Positions 16,895 through 28,276 of a DNA stretch of 64,000 bases are shown piece after piece. The notes under the pieces are model-generated. The model was not told the origin of the DNA, ran no database searches, and saw only the letters and a list, made by a program, of their open reading frames with translations. Source of the DNA: a virus. The stretch spans positions 1 through 64,000 of IMG/VR virus record IMGVR_UViG_3300044613_003770; one strand, written 5' to 3'. Numbering within the stretch: the stretch's first letter is position 1; each line of letters begins with the position of its first letter. The position numbers and the translations under genes are program-made.

Positions 16895-17896
16895 ATGAAA
16901 GTATACATGTCTCATTGGACAGTTCCTACAATGAGAGAATTGATTCAAAAATATACAAATGGCAATAATGATTTTCCGCATGAAGTTGAAATGGTTAAAA
17001 AATCCGTAGAATTTTTAAATAAAGCATACGGCGAAGTTCATTTTATAACTGACAATGAAGGTGCAAAAAAATTCTCATCAATTGAATGGGCATCTGTTGA
17101 TACATCTTTAAACAGTCTACCTAAAGAATATTATCATACATGGAGTCTCGGTAAAATAAAAGCATATAATATTATAGCTCAAAAAGGAGAACCATTTTTA
17201 CACTTTGATGGAGATTTTTTTATAAATCAAAGACTTCCAAAAGATATTGAAGAAAAACCTATTATATTTCAAAATACTGAAGCTGCGAATTATAATGATA
17301 ATTATGTTATTTATGCGTTTAGATGGTTTTGCCCATTTAAACATTTAACATCAACTAATGATATTTTTACTTTAAATAATAAAAAGAATTGCAGTAAGCA
17401 ATATAATGGTTTATTACCATTTAATGCTTATAATTGTGGAATTGTTGGAGGTTCTGATTTAGATTACTTTTTTAATTATTCAGAAAGTTCTTTAAGAACA
17501 GTTTTTGATCCATTTAATAAACCATTTTGGACTACAGATTTTAGAGTATCCAAAAGATATCATGAAGGTATGCGTTCATGGACATTAGCTATTCTAGCGG
17601 AGCAATATTATGCATCTTTAGTTGCAGATCATATGGGAAAGAGTCCGTATTTTCTTAGTTGCCCAAATACAGAAGATCCTTTAGTAGAAAAAAGAATAAA
17701 AGATTGGTTAGGTTCAGATCAGTTAGAATTTGAATTTAATGAAGAAGAAACAAATAAGTTTAAATGGATTCATCTTTATGGGCATTTTAAATTACATTAT
17801 GAACAAATATTTCATAAAAAAATATATAAACGCGAAGATCCATTTTGGGGGACATCATTATATAATAAAAAATATATACTAAATAAAGAACAATAA
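16895..17896 (+). CDS. glycosyltransferase-like protein (DUF6734-like)
   Basis: HFITD, WSLGKIKAY, EPFLHFDGD, NCGIVGG, AEQY. Confidence 0.6.
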   Translation: MKVYMSHWTVPTMRELIQKYTNGNNDFPHEVEMVKKSVEFLNKAYGEVHFITDNEGAKKFSSIEWASVDTSLNSLPKEYYHTWSLGKIKAYNIIAQKGEPFLHFDGDFFINQRLPKDIEEKPIIFQNTEAANYNDNYVIYAFRWFCPFKHLTSTNDIFTLNNKKNCSKQYNGLLPFNAYNCGIVGGSDLDYFFNYSESSLRTVFDPFNKPFWTTDFRVSKRYHEGMRSWTLAILAEQYYASLVADHMGKSPYFLSCPNTEDPLVEKRIKDWLGSDQLEFEFNEEETNKFKWIHLYGHFKLHYEQIFHKKIYKREDPFWGTSLYNKKYILNKEQ

Positions 17897-17900
17897 AATT

Positions 17901-18419
17901 ATGATTAAAAGAATATTTCAGGACTTAGACGAATGCATTCTACATACATATGCAAACAGCATGCCGCCTAGCGAGTATGTTGAGTTTATACTCAGTGAAG
18001 ACATGCATACCTATCGTACGATGATTCGTCCGTGCGCAAAGCGCCTCTTTGAATACTACAACAGTGTCGTAGGCAAAGAAAATGTTTATATTCTTACAAG
18101 CGCAACTCGTGACTATGCTGAAAGCTTGAATCGTCTTGGTGAGTTTGGTTTGGATAACGATCACATCTACACACGCGAAGACATTCAGCAGTATAGCATT
18201 TCACATGGCTATGGTGGCGAAGGCACTCTTCCAATGCCTATCGCTGATAAAGACAATGTTCTCATTGACAATCTTCCACCTCGCTATAATTACAACAAGA
18301 TGGACATGATGGGTATCGTCACTAAAAACTACTATCAAACAAGAGAGTATTATGGCTTGAATGATGATGACGAATATTTCTTTGAAGATGTTGTAGAGTT
18401 TATCAAAGCGAGACTATGA
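17901..18419 (+). CDS. HAD-superfamily (NIF/FCP1-like) phosphatase
   Basis: DLDECILHT, IRP, LTSATRDYA, VLIDN. Confidence 0.75.
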   Translation: MIKRIFQDLDECILHTYANSMPPSEYVEFILSEDMHTYRTMIRPCAKRLFEYYNSVVGKENVYILTSATRDYAESLNRLGEFGLDNDHIYTREDIQQYSISHGYGGEGTLPMPIADKDNVLIDNLPPRYNYNKMDMMGIVTKNYYQTREYYGLNDDDEYFFEDVVEFIKARL

Positions 18420-18763
18420 TCAGAGAGTTGAAATTTAGAGTTTATATTCCAGAACATGAAGGATTTTCTTATTTTGAATTAGGAAATTTTGATTATTCAG
18501 ACAGATATTTGTATCAACATAACTATCCTGTTCAACAATACACTGGTCTCAAAGATAAAAACGGTGATGAGATTTATGAGGGAGATATTGTAAAAGCGAC
18601 ATCTGACCAATACGAAAATGAAAACTTTGTAGGCAAAGTGATTTTTGATGAAGGGTGTTTTTTAACTTGGATTAATAAAAATGATATTCGTGGAATTTGG
18701 GGTGAGGATGATATTGAAGTAATCGGAAACATCTTTGAAAATAGTGAATTATTAAAACAATGA
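18416..18763 (+). CDS. YopX-family protein
   Basis: RELKFR, QYTGLKDKNG.EIYEGDIV, EVIGNIFEN.ELL. Confidence 0.92.
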   Translation: MIRELKFRVYIPEHEGFSYFELGNFDYSDRYLYQHNYPVQQYTGLKDKNGDEIYEGDIVKATSDQYENENFVGKVIFDEGCFLTWINKNDIRGIWGEDDIEVIGNIFENSELLKQ

Positions 18764-18999
18764 GCAGTGAAGAAGTAACATTTACCATAGAATGTAAAAT
18801 GAGAGAACGATGGGTTTCACATTTTATGAGTATGCTAAAATATATGGAGGATCTTGGAGGTTTAGGTAGCTCCAGAACAGTAGGCATCTATTCAGACGGT
18901 GACGGAGACTTTAGACCAAAATTTAATTTTTCTATCGACGCTGCAGTTGTCAAACCAAAAACAGATGACAAAGGAAACAGACTATATGACGCAGGATAA
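18760..18999 (+). CDS. hypothetical phage protein
   Basis: LG.LGSSR...DGDGDFRPKF. Confidence 0.65.
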   Translation: MSSEEVTFTIECKMRERWVSHFMSMLKYMEDLGGLGSSRTVGIYSDGDGDFRPKFNFSIDAAVVKPKTDDKGNRLYDAG

Positions 19000-19278
19000 A
19001 CAAACGAAATATAAAATTACAATTAGCGAAGGATGCACGGCATTCTATACAGAAATCAACGGTAAATTTGTTGGTGGAGAAGATCCACGATACGACTTTA
19101 CGGAAAAAGAAATTGATGAGCTTATTGATTATCTTTGCGAGCGATTCAAAGAAGAACGCAAACAATGCACGGTACAACTCGACGATTTAATCAAATGCTT
19201 TCAACCTGACAGTTGGCACTATGACGACGAGTCCTGCGATCAATGCGGTGATACTGTAAGTACGCAAACTTGGGAGTT

Positions 19279-19938
19279 ATGATTGAAATTTTAGTAGTTA
19301 GCGATATTCATCTTGGAACTTCAGTAAGTCAAAAAGAAAAGGTATTAGAAGTTCTTTCGCTTGATTTTAATACATTATTAATCAACGGTGACTTGTTCGA
19401 TAACTATTCATTCAAACGCTATGACAAGCGCGATTGGAAAATCCTTGGAAAGATTCGTAAACTTTCAAAAACACATAATGTTATTTTAGTTAAGGGCAAT
19501 CATGACAGCAACGCAGAATTTTTAAGCGCAATTACTGGAATGGAACTGCTAGAAAATTATGCAACCACAATCAATAACAAAAGATTCTTTTTTGAACATG
19601 GTGACAAGTATGATCATTGGATAAAACACCGACCATTTTTAACATGGTTTTTTACTGGTCTCTATTATTGGATTCAAAAATGTGATAGATCTCACAAAAC
19701 TTCAAGGTTTTTAAAACGATTGAGTAAATCTTGGATTGACGCTAAAGATATTGTATCTCGAAAATTTGCAGAGAAACATGGAAAGAAATATCATGTCTTG
19801 CTTGCTGGTCATACACACCATGCTGAAATAAAACAATTTGACACATGTGTCTATATTAATTCTGGTTCATTTTGTGATCATCAATGCTCGTTTATTGAAA
19901 TTTATTCAGATGGAAAATTTGAATTAAAATACATTTAG
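19279..19938 (+). CDS. metallophosphoesterase, LpxH-like
   Basis: SDIHLG, GDLFD, GNHD, EHGD.YD, GHTH, NSGS. Confidence 0.8.
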   Translation: MIEILVVSDIHLGTSVSQKEKVLEVLSLDFNTLLINGDLFDNYSFKRYDKRDWKILGKIRKLSKTHNVILVKGNHDSNAEFLSAITGMELLENYATTINNKRFFFEHGDKYDHWIKHRPFLTWFFTGLYYWIQKCDRSHKTSRFLKRLSKSWIDAKDIVSRKFAEKHGKKYHVLLAGHTHHAEIKQFDTCVYINSGSFCDHQCSFIEIYSDGKFELKYI

Positions 19939-20796
19939 TTGTTTACAAACGGAAGGAACTGTGATATAATGAGCTTATGAACAACCTAAGTCCACTTGAA
20001 ATTTACTCTCTCGTCGAGTATGAGAAATTGCGGAGTTTTGTCGAGCTTGTGTCAAATGGCAAACGACCAGATGGTACATACAACTATTGTCGTGAAGCAT
20101 TAGAAAAGAAAGCACAGCAACTGCTAGAAGAATTAAAACAAATTAAACAAGACGGATTGAGAAATCTTTGCTAATATGAAGTTATGAATGAAGCGGATAC
20201 AATTATTGAATACAGAGATTGCAATCATAAATTGCATGAAATGGCATTTGACGAGTCATTGGAGTATATCAAGAAGTCAATTGCCTCAGTATACGAACAA
20301 GGCGCTTCAGAGTTTGTGGTAATTCGCAATGATCGAGATTATGACTTCTTTTGGTTAAATGATTATCAATAATGGAACTCAGATAAAATATGATTATGAA
20401 TATAAAATATAAACATTACGCAGGTATTACTCCTATTGATTATCTAGATGGGAAACTTTATGATATTGAGTTGCATAACGGAACCTGTATAGAAGGAGTA
20501 GAGTACTGGGATTTTGGTGATGGATTTATATCTCACCCACGCAAAGAAAGAAGAGAGATGGTTGATTATCATATTGGTGATATTATTTCATTTCAATTAA
20601 GTAAAAAGGAACAAAACTAAAATATGAATAAAAAACCTAAAGTCACTTATGAATGCTCGTGTTTAAAATATGGAGTTTTGAGAAGTGCTTGTAGAGGACC
20701 ACAAGGTTGCCAAGCTGACAGAGATCGTGAAGCGTATTTGGAATCAAAGAAACCAAAGCGTTGGGTTTGGAAAGGGAACTCTAATAAAATATGATT

Positions 20797-21102
20797 ATGA
20801 CTAACGAACAAATAAACATCGCCATCGCTGAAGCGTGTGGATGGACGGACACTAAAATCGTCAATGAGGGTGGAAAACTAATGTATGGGCAGACAGAAGT
20901 CCCCGACTACTGCAACGACCTAAACGCAATGCACGAAGCAGAGAAAGTGCTTGGCGAAATCTACTCTATTAAGTCTTGTGAATATGATGATTGGTTACAA
21001 TCCGTAATCGGACATGATCAAAAATGGAGGGCAACATCTGCCCAACGCGCTGAAGCATTTCTTAAAAATATTAACAAGTGGGAAGAATGGAGCGATGAGT
21101 AA
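20797..21102 (+). CDS. hypothetical phage protein, paralogue A
   Basis: NEQINIAIAEACGW...PDYCNDLNAMHEAEK...AT.AQRAEAFLK. Confidence 0.75.
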   Translation: MTNEQINIAIAEACGWTDTKIVNEGGKLMYGQTEVPDYCNDLNAMHEAEKVLGEIYSIKSCEYDDWLQSVIGHDQKWRATSAQRAEAFLKNINKWEEWSDE

Positions 21103-21415
21103 CGAACAAATCAACATAGCAATTGCAGAAGCGTGTGGGTGGACCTCTATTTGCTACAATTCTATCCACGGTAAATGGATGGGAACACAGCCACAAGAAG
21201 ACCGTGATGCTTATCACCTCCCCGACTACTGCAACTGCCTAAACGCAATGCACGAAGCGGAGAAGGTATTTGATACCGCACTGTATTGTCGATATATTAA
21301 CGAGCTTTGCGATCTAACAATTAAAGGGAACAACTCTATGTATATGGCAACAGCCGCCCAACGCGCTGAAGCATTTCTAAAAACAATTAAGAAATGGAAC
21401 TCTAATAAAATATGA
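21095..21415 (+). CDS. hypothetical phage protein, paralogue B
   Basis: Same motifs as 20797..21102. Confidence 0.75.
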   Translation: MSNEQINIAIAEACGWTSICYNSIHGKWMGTQPQEDRDAYHLPDYCNCLNAMHEAEKVFDTALYCRYINELCDLTIKGNNSMYMATAAQRAEAFLKTIKKWNSNKI

Positions 21416-21896
21416 TTATGACAACTGTACCCGATAAAAAAGATTTAAAAAGAATCGACAAATATGATTCTTTGACTCAACTTATGATTCTCAAAGATAT
21501 TTGTAATCGCATGTATATTGCACGAAACATTACAATGTCACAAGATTCTATAGTTGACAATTTAGAAAAACTTGATAGACTGTTCAGAGATGAAAATTAC
21601 AATTGAATTTGTGTCTGATCTTTCTGAAGCAGAAGTGCGTCAACTACTGTTTGATATCTATGAGCGAGTGCCAATCGCTGGTGAAGATCTTTCTTATTCA
21701 GCATTGCCAGATAAAATTACTCGCTATGTTAATGAAGCGCATCGTCTCTTTAAACTAGAAGAAGCGGTAACAGCATATATTGTTAACGAATGTAATAATG
21801 GAGACATTGGTGTTCAAGACCCGATTAACTTTTTGCTTGCATCTCATCGTATGCTGAGATATAATCTACACGATACTTGGAAAGAAGAATACTAAT

Positions 21897-22487
21897 ATGA
21901 TAATAGATACATATACAACTAATGTTTGGAGAGTCTTCAAACACCCGTCATTGCTGTTTAACAGCTTTTTTTGGTGGGATGTGAGATATAGAATATCTGC
22001 ATTTTTTAATCCACGTCAAAAGTGGTTGACAAAAACTATTCCAAATACATGGTGTGATAAGGTGTCACTCATTCCTCATTTGCTTTTTACGTGCCTCATT
22101 CATTATGTAGAAAAAGAAGAAGGGCTTAGTGATAATTATGATTATGCTGAAGATCTTGAAAAAGGATATATCTCGCAAGAGTATGTTGATAGTGTTAAAA
22201 ACACTGATAATGAACTTCGTGAAGTTTATAATTATATTAAAACTGAACGTCCCGAACTTGAAAAACAACATGAGAATTCTTATCCAACACCAAGTTCAAA
22301 AGCAATCAATGATCTTTTCATTAAAGAGGAAGATGGCAATTGTACAATGAGAAGCTGTGAAGAGCTTTACGGTATGTCATATAAAGAAGCGTATGCTGAA
22401 ACTCATCGTCTTGAAGCGCTAATTGAAGAAAAAGATATGTGGGCTATGAACACTATCGTCAAACACTATCAAAAAATGTGGACATGA
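21897..22487 (+). CDS. hypothetical protein
   Basis: 196-aa ORF in a tightly packed operon. Confidence 0.7.
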   Translation: MIIDTYTTNVWRVFKHPSLLFNSFFWWDVRYRISAFFNPRQKWLTKTIPNTWCDKVSLIPHLLFTCLIHYVEKEEGLSDNYDYAEDLEKGYISQEYVDSVKNTDNELREVYNYIKTERPELEKQHENSYPTPSSKAINDLFIKEEDGNCTMRSCEELYGMSYKEAYAETHRLEALIEEKDMWAMNTIVKHYQKMWT

Positions 22488-23092
22488 AAAACTACTTTGC
22501 AGACAACAACTATGGCATTCGTTTTAAATCCAAAACAGAAGCGATTGAACAACTATGCTTAAAGGTTTTTGGAGCGACTCCTGTTTATGAATCGTCTCTT
22601 GAAGAATTAAAAACAGAAGAAATTGAACAGTTGTGTTTGAAAGTTTTTGAAGAAACTGTGTATGGATCATCTCTTGAAAACTTAAATAGAGAAACAGTGG
22701 AAAGCATGTATGCAAATGTAGTTTCTATAGCTTTAGAATGTGATCCAATTCCAGCAAAAGATCGTGCGGATGGTAAAATAGAACCACCGTGGGAAGTTTT
22801 TGCGCGAGTTAAACGTGAACGCGACATTTGGATAGCTGAAGCTGAACGCTGGAGAAAAAACACTGATCTTTATCACACTGTTTTAGGGCAACGCGACAGG
22901 CTGGCGGAGGCAATACGAAAACACAGAGATGAGCTTGAACTGACTTCTGGTGATTCTGTTGACAGGATTTTATGGAACGCCCTCACCGCTGTAAAAGAAA
23001 ACCAAAAGACAGACAGTCAAAGTTGTCCAGAGTGTGATGTTTTGGCAAGTCATGGAGCTAATGATGGACCATGTGAAACACATAAGTTATGA
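22484..23092 (+). CDS. hypothetical mosaic protein
   Basis: Internal EQLCLKVF duplication; C-terminal block shared with 28277..28840. Confidence 0.65.
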   Translation: MKNYFADNNYGIRFKSKTEAIEQLCLKVFGATPVYESSLEELKTEEIEQLCLKVFEETVYGSSLENLNRETVESMYANVVSIALECDPIPAKDRADGKIEPPWEVFARVKRERDIWIAEAERWRKNTDLYHTVLGQRDRLAEAIRKHRDELELTSGDSVDRILWNALTAVKENQKTDSQSCPECDVLASHGANDGPCETHKL

Positions 23093-23817
23093 AATATAAA
23101 TCAGTAGAAGAACTAAAAGAACATATTCTAAGTGAAATAGAGGATGGTGATATATTTGAAGAGTATCTCTTTAAAAAATATCCTCGTTTGTTTCCAACTA
23201 ATGAGAATGGGGAGTTATTGCCACAAAGTCAACGTTGTTGGAATGATTGTCCAATTGGATGGATGAGCATTATCGATTCATTGTTTGGGTGTATTGATGA
23301 CTATGTGTCTAATCATAAGCATACTGAAATTAATCCTAAGCAAAGACTTCGTCTAAAGTTTCGTCAACTATTTTGGAAGTATGTGAGAGATCCAATTTAT
23401 AGAAAGTTCAATCCATATAGAGATTTTGAAAAGCGACTGCCCAAAGGCGCAAAGTTTGCTTCTCCAAGCAATGAAGAGAGAGAGAAAATTAACAAAACTT
23501 TTGCTGCATGTATTCGTAATATTGTAAGTACGATTGATAAAATTCTTTTTAATCGTCTAGATCTTTATATTGGAGTCTCTCCACCTGCTGTAACGATAGC
23601 TCAATATAAAGAAAAGTTTGGCACTCTACGTGTCTATTATGATGGTGGCAATGATGTTGTAAAAGGTATGGTTCGTTATGCCGAACATCTTTCTTCACTT
23701 ACTTGTCAAGATACAGGAAAGCGTGGACAACTATGCAAGCGTGGATCGTGGTATGCTACATTGTGTGATCAAGAAGCACAGAAAGAAGGTTATAAGCCTG
23801 TTGATGAGGAACTTTAA
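23089..23817 (+). CDS. hypothetical phage protein
   Basis: GW..II...QYKEKFGTLRVY...AE.LS..TC...G..G family motif. Confidence 0.75.
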   Translation: MKYKSVEELKEHILSEIEDGDIFEEYLFKKYPRLFPTNENGELLPQSQRCWNDCPIGWMSIIDSLFGCIDDYVSNHKHTEINPKQRLRLKFRQLFWKYVRDPIYRKFNPYRDFEKRLPKGAKFASPSNEEREKINKTFAACIRNIVSTIDKILFNRLDLYIGVSPPAVTIAQYKEKFGTLRVYYDGGNDVVKGMVRYAEHLSSLTCQDTGKRGQLCKRGSWYATLCDQEAQKEGYKPVDEEL

Positions 23818-24094
23818 TATAATCATAGTATGAACACTACTAAGATCGATATCGCAAAACTATCAAATGACACCAATAGTAACAATTAGAACTAATCTCG
23901 ATAGTTGTTGCTATGAGATGATCTTAGACACATCGAACCCAACAACGCAGATTGGTGATGGGCAACGATTCACGCAACGCACTCACTTTACAACGTTCGA
24001 TGGCAATCAGAAGAAGCAATTAGTTTTTTTGTTTAGAGAAATGGCTAATTTGATCGAAAAAGAATGGGAAGAAAGAACTTTAATATAATAAAGT

Positions 24095-24766
24095 ATGAGC
24101 AAACCAATTTACATAGTAGGAGATATCCATGGTAAATGGGATCAATTATTTTTGAAAATAAAAGCATCAGAGATTCGTAACTTCACACTGATTGGTGTGG
24201 GCGATTTGGGTATTGGATTTAAACTTGACAAACAACAATCTCGTCAGTTTGACTATATCAATAGTTTTTTTGGTGGCAAGGGCATTGACTTTATTGGCAT
24301 TCGTGGCAATCATGATGATCCATCTTATTTTGATGGAAGAGTAAGCATGAGTAATTTTAAACTATTGCCCGATTATACTTATCTAACGCTAAACGACAAA
24401 AAGTTTGGTTTTGTTGGTGGTGCAGTTAGCATTGATCGTCGTATGCGAACACAAGGTATCTCATACTGGAAAGATGAAAAGTTTGTTTTAGATCATTCAA
24501 AAATTGAGCGTTGTGATGTACTTATCACCCATAGCGCCCCATCGTGGAATGGTCCGTGTGATAAATCGGGTATTGGTTCTTGGTGTGATCGTGATGCTAC
24601 TCTTTGGGATGAGTGTGTACAAGAACGCAAAGAACATGATATACTTTTAAAACTATGCGGGGCGAGCCGCCACTTCGCAGGGCATTTTCATTGTTGTTTT
24701 TCAGTTGACTTTGATGGATGTGCGAGTACAATATTAGACGAACTAGAAATCAAAGAAATAAGATGA
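24095..24766 (+). CDS. metallophosphoesterase
   Basis: GDIHG, GDLG, GNHD, GGA.SID, THSAP, GHFH. Confidence 0.88.
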   Translation: MSKPIYIVGDIHGKWDQLFLKIKASEIRNFTLIGVGDLGIGFKLDKQQSRQFDYINSFFGGKGIDFIGIRGNHDDPSYFDGRVSMSNFKLLPDYTYLTLNDKKFGFVGGAVSIDRRMRTQGISYWKDEKFVLDHSKIERCDVLITHSAPSWNGPCDKSGIGSWCDRDATLWDECVQERKEHDILLKLCGASRHFAGHFHCCFSVDFDGCASTILDELEIKEIR

Positions 24767-26192
24767 ACAAACAACTTACTATTGAAGAACTAAACAAAAT
24801 TTTAGATTCATATATTGCTTTGAAAAAAGTAATGGACAAAGCGCATGATGCGGGGTTTATGGATATTAATAGTTCATTTTACAATACTGTTTGGAAAGCA
24901 TTTGAAGATACAGTAGATATTATTGATCCAGAAAGTTGGATTATGTGGTATATCTATGACAATGATATGGGAGAAAGAGGTATGCAGGTAAAAATTGCCG
25001 ATAAAGAATTTTCTGTTAAAAACAGAAGAGATTTGCTGGAAGTTATGAACTCTTATTATGATTAAAAATACTATTATTATTATTCTATTGATTATTCATA
25101 CTTTCTTATGTATGATGGCAGGTTTTTATGCTGGCGTTGATAATACAGAAAGAAAAGCGTATGAAAATGGTCATATGACTATTGAAAGAGTAGGTGATAA
25201 AAGAAATTACCGTTGGATAGAAACTCATAAATTAGGATACGATTATGATGAGTGAAATAAATATTATTTTATACACTGCTTCAATGGTAATTTTTGGAAT
25301 TGTTGCACTTATTCTTTTTGATAAATATGATGATGAATAAAAATTAAATTATAAAAATATATGAATGGTAAATTTTTTAAATGTGACTGCGGACATGGTG
25401 GACTTTATGTAAGTCATGATCCAGATTTTGGAACTGAATTCGCTCATTTTCAGTATGATATTTCCATTGGTTTTATCTTTAGAATTAAACAAGCGTGGTT
25501 GACTCTGCGGGGCAAACCTTATACTGATATGACCATTCTCAGCGATCAAGAACTGGCAAATCTCGTTGATCACTTGGCAGAAATTCAAAACCTTAAATAT
25601 AAAAAAGATTATTAATATGATATACTCCCAAAAAGAACCAATTAAAATAACAATTGAAGGTGGTTTTCGTCCAGATAAAACTATTCAGTTGACACTTTGT
25701 CCAGATGCTGATATAAATGATTGGATTGAAACATTTAAAACAATTTTAATTCACCAATCTTTCAGCGAAACAACTATCAAGGAGCTTTTTGAAGAACCAG
25801 ATTACAATGAATCATATGAGCTTTAAGAATAAAAAAGAAGCAATTACTTTTCTTGAATCATTTGAGGTTTTTGTTTCAGATGAAAACGACATTCTCCTGC
25901 CGAAGAAAAAACTTTTTGATGATGAGGTGCATAATGCAATTGATTATTTGATTGATGAGTGTGATTTTGGAATTAAATATATATGAAAGTAAAAGAGTTA
26001 ATCGAAAAACTTCAGAGATATGACTCTGAACAAATGGTTGTTATTCGTGGATATGAGGGAGGAGTAGATGCGTGTTCTTGTTGTAAGGAAGAGCATATAA
26101 AGTTAGGCGTAAATAGCGAATGGTACTATGGTAATCATGAAATTGCCAATGATGGAGAAGATTTTGATTGCAAAGCGGTTTTGATTGGATAG
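24763..26192 (+). other. run of about 7 small hypothetical CDS
   Basis: Overlapping stop/start junctions at 24763, 25058, 25361, 25617, 25816, 25983. Confidence 0.6.
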
Positions 26193-26201
26193 AATTTTGC
26201 C

Positions 26202-26741
26202 ATGAACATATTCTGCGTAGACAAAAGTCCTGTAATCGCTGCACAACAAATGTGCGATAAACATATTGTCAAGATGATCTTGGAATCATCTCAGATGTTG
26301 GCTAACTGTTTTAGTTTGTCTCGTCTTGCTCAATCAGATTGTCCTCGTACTGCCAAGGGTACACCTCGTCTTCATGCTTACTCCAAGCATCCTTGCACAC
26401 TATGGGCAATGAAAACATCAGAGAATATGCAATGGCTCATTGATCATGCTCTTGCGATGCTAGAAGAAAAAATTTATCGTTACGGTTCTGGACATTTCTG
26501 CAAAGATTTTTTGGAGTGGTGTGACGCTCACATGGCAGAATCAAATGTTTCTTCTGGTTCTCTTACGGAATTTGCTATTGCAATCTCACCAGAACAAAAA
26601 TGCCGCAAACATCCAAACTTTGATTCTCTTTCTCCAGTAGAAAAATATCGTTTATATTATATCTACGATAAGGCAGATTTCTGCACATGGAAAAAAAGAT
26701 CTGCACCAGAATGGTTTCGCCTTGACTTGATTCAGAATTAG
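26202..26741 (+). CDS. pyrimidine-dimer DNA glycosylase-like protein
   Basis: MNIF......AAQ..CDKHIVKMILES.QML, HPCT.W, YR.YY..DK, W.KR..PEW. Confidence 0.8.
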   Translation: MNIFCVDKSPVIAAQQMCDKHIVKMILESSQMLANCFSLSRLAQSDCPRTAKGTPRLHAYSKHPCTLWAMKTSENMQWLIDHALAMLEEKIYRYGSGHFCKDFLEWCDAHMAESNVSSGSLTEFAIAISPEQKCRKHPNFDSLSPVEKYRLYYIYDKADFCTWKKRSAPEWFRLDLIQN

Positions 26742-26757
26742 TGACATGCTTTGATCA

Positions 26758-27335
26758 TGACAACGCTAATTGACCCCAAAAACATCACCAACTTCAATCG
26801 CAGTGACGCAGAACTCCAAGCATTTTGGCTTTTCGGAATGTTTGTTGCAGGAAAGAATAGTGATCATGCCAGCAAGTGCCTTGCTCGTCTATTAAATAAA
26901 GATGTCCTTCCATTTGAATACCTACAAAACCTTGGTGAAATCGGCATTCATAATGCTCTCGTTGCTTCTCGCATTGGTCAGTATAACAGACTCTCCAAAG
27001 CTATTTTGGATTCTCTCAATCTTGATTTGCGTAATTGCTCTTTGGAAGATCTTTTGCAAGTTCGTGGTGTTGGACCGAAAACTGCTCGTTTCTTTTTGTT
27101 GCATACTAGACAGGATTGTGAGTGTGCCGTACTTGATACTCATATTCTTGCTTGGATGCGTGATAACGGTGTCGAAGACGCTCCAGAAAGCACACCTCAA
27201 AATCAAAAAGTTTATCAACAACTAGAAAAACAATTTTTGTTTTTGGCTAAACATAATTTCCCACAAATGAGCGTGGCACAAATTGATCTTATGATTTGGA
27301 TGAAGCAAAGTGGTAGACTCCAAGACGAAATTTAA
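26758..27335 (+). CDS. HhH-GPD DNA glycosylase (Ogg-like)
   Basis: HhH VRGVGPKTARFFL followed by AVLDTHIL. Confidence 0.75.
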
Positions 27336-27345
27336 TTCATAAAAA

Positions 27346-27732
27346 ATGAAAATCAGAATTGACAACATTGGCGCACAACCTCCGACTTATATTGGTAAGT
27401 CTCCAGAAGATGTAGACAAAAGAGTTGTTATTGTTAAGTTCTTCCCTAATCCTAAATATGGTAAATTGCAGGAATATATTGATGATGGTTGGAATGATAT
27501 TGGAGATCGCATCATAAAAGATATGTGTAGCATTCACAAGAACTGCTTTGAAGGCAAAGAGAATAATATAGTGATTGCTGATCTTACCTATAGCACTAAA
27601 GAGGAAGACACATTCTTAGAGACTGTAGGTGAGCGAGTGCTACAGCTATCACTAGAAGATCGTGAAACTTTCTTTGAGGTCTATGCTCTTGCGGCAAAGA
27701 AACTAGCTAAACAACATAAAACAGATGAGTAA
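27346..27732 (+). CDS. hypothetical protein
   Basis: 128-aa ORF. Confidence 0.65.
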   Translation: MKIRIDNIGAQPPTYIGKSPEDVDKRVVIVKFFPNPKYGKLQEYIDDGWNDIGDRIIKDMCSIHKNCFEGKENNIVIADLTYSTKEEDTFLETVGERVLQLSLEDRETFFEVYALAAKKLAKQHKTDE

Positions 27733-28041
27733 ACAATATAGAATTGTAGAACGCATAGCTATTCCAACTGCTAGAATATACTATGCAATTCAAGTAAAGT
27801 TTCTTTGGTTTTGGGTCACAGAGTATCATTATGGAATTTGGGCGACAGCGGAAGCCGCAGAAGATATGGTTATGAAACTGATGAAAAATCCAAACAGAGT
27901 AGTAAAAACATTTTCTTATGAGTGATATGTGGATAGCAATAATAGTTTTAGCATCTCTGGCAACATTTGCAGTATGTTATATTATTTATAAAGCTAGTGA
28001 TGAAGATTTTTGGTATTAACGAACACCAATATAATAAGAGT

Positions 28042-28248
28042 ATGAAACAAGACAAAGTTACCAAATTTACTGTCACTTGGAAATCTCCTATGCAAAGTGA
28101 ACGAAAGACAGTTATGTTCCGCAAGCAGAGTGATGCAGAAGAGTTCTACAAAGAGAAGCACTACGAAAACAAATCACCTGCTTTGTACATCACAGAGTTA
28201 ATAACCAGTACTCGATTGCTGAAACTCAATACAACTGTTCAATCCTAA
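28042..28248 (+). CDS. hypothetical protein
   Basis: Start reassigned to the ATG 6 nt after TATAAT. Confidence 0.55.
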   Translation: MKQDKVTKFTVTWKSPMQSERKTVMFRKQSDAEEFYKEKHYENKSPALYITELITSTRLLKLNTTVQS

Positions 28249-28276
28249 TATAAAAAAACTAAAATAGAATAAAATT

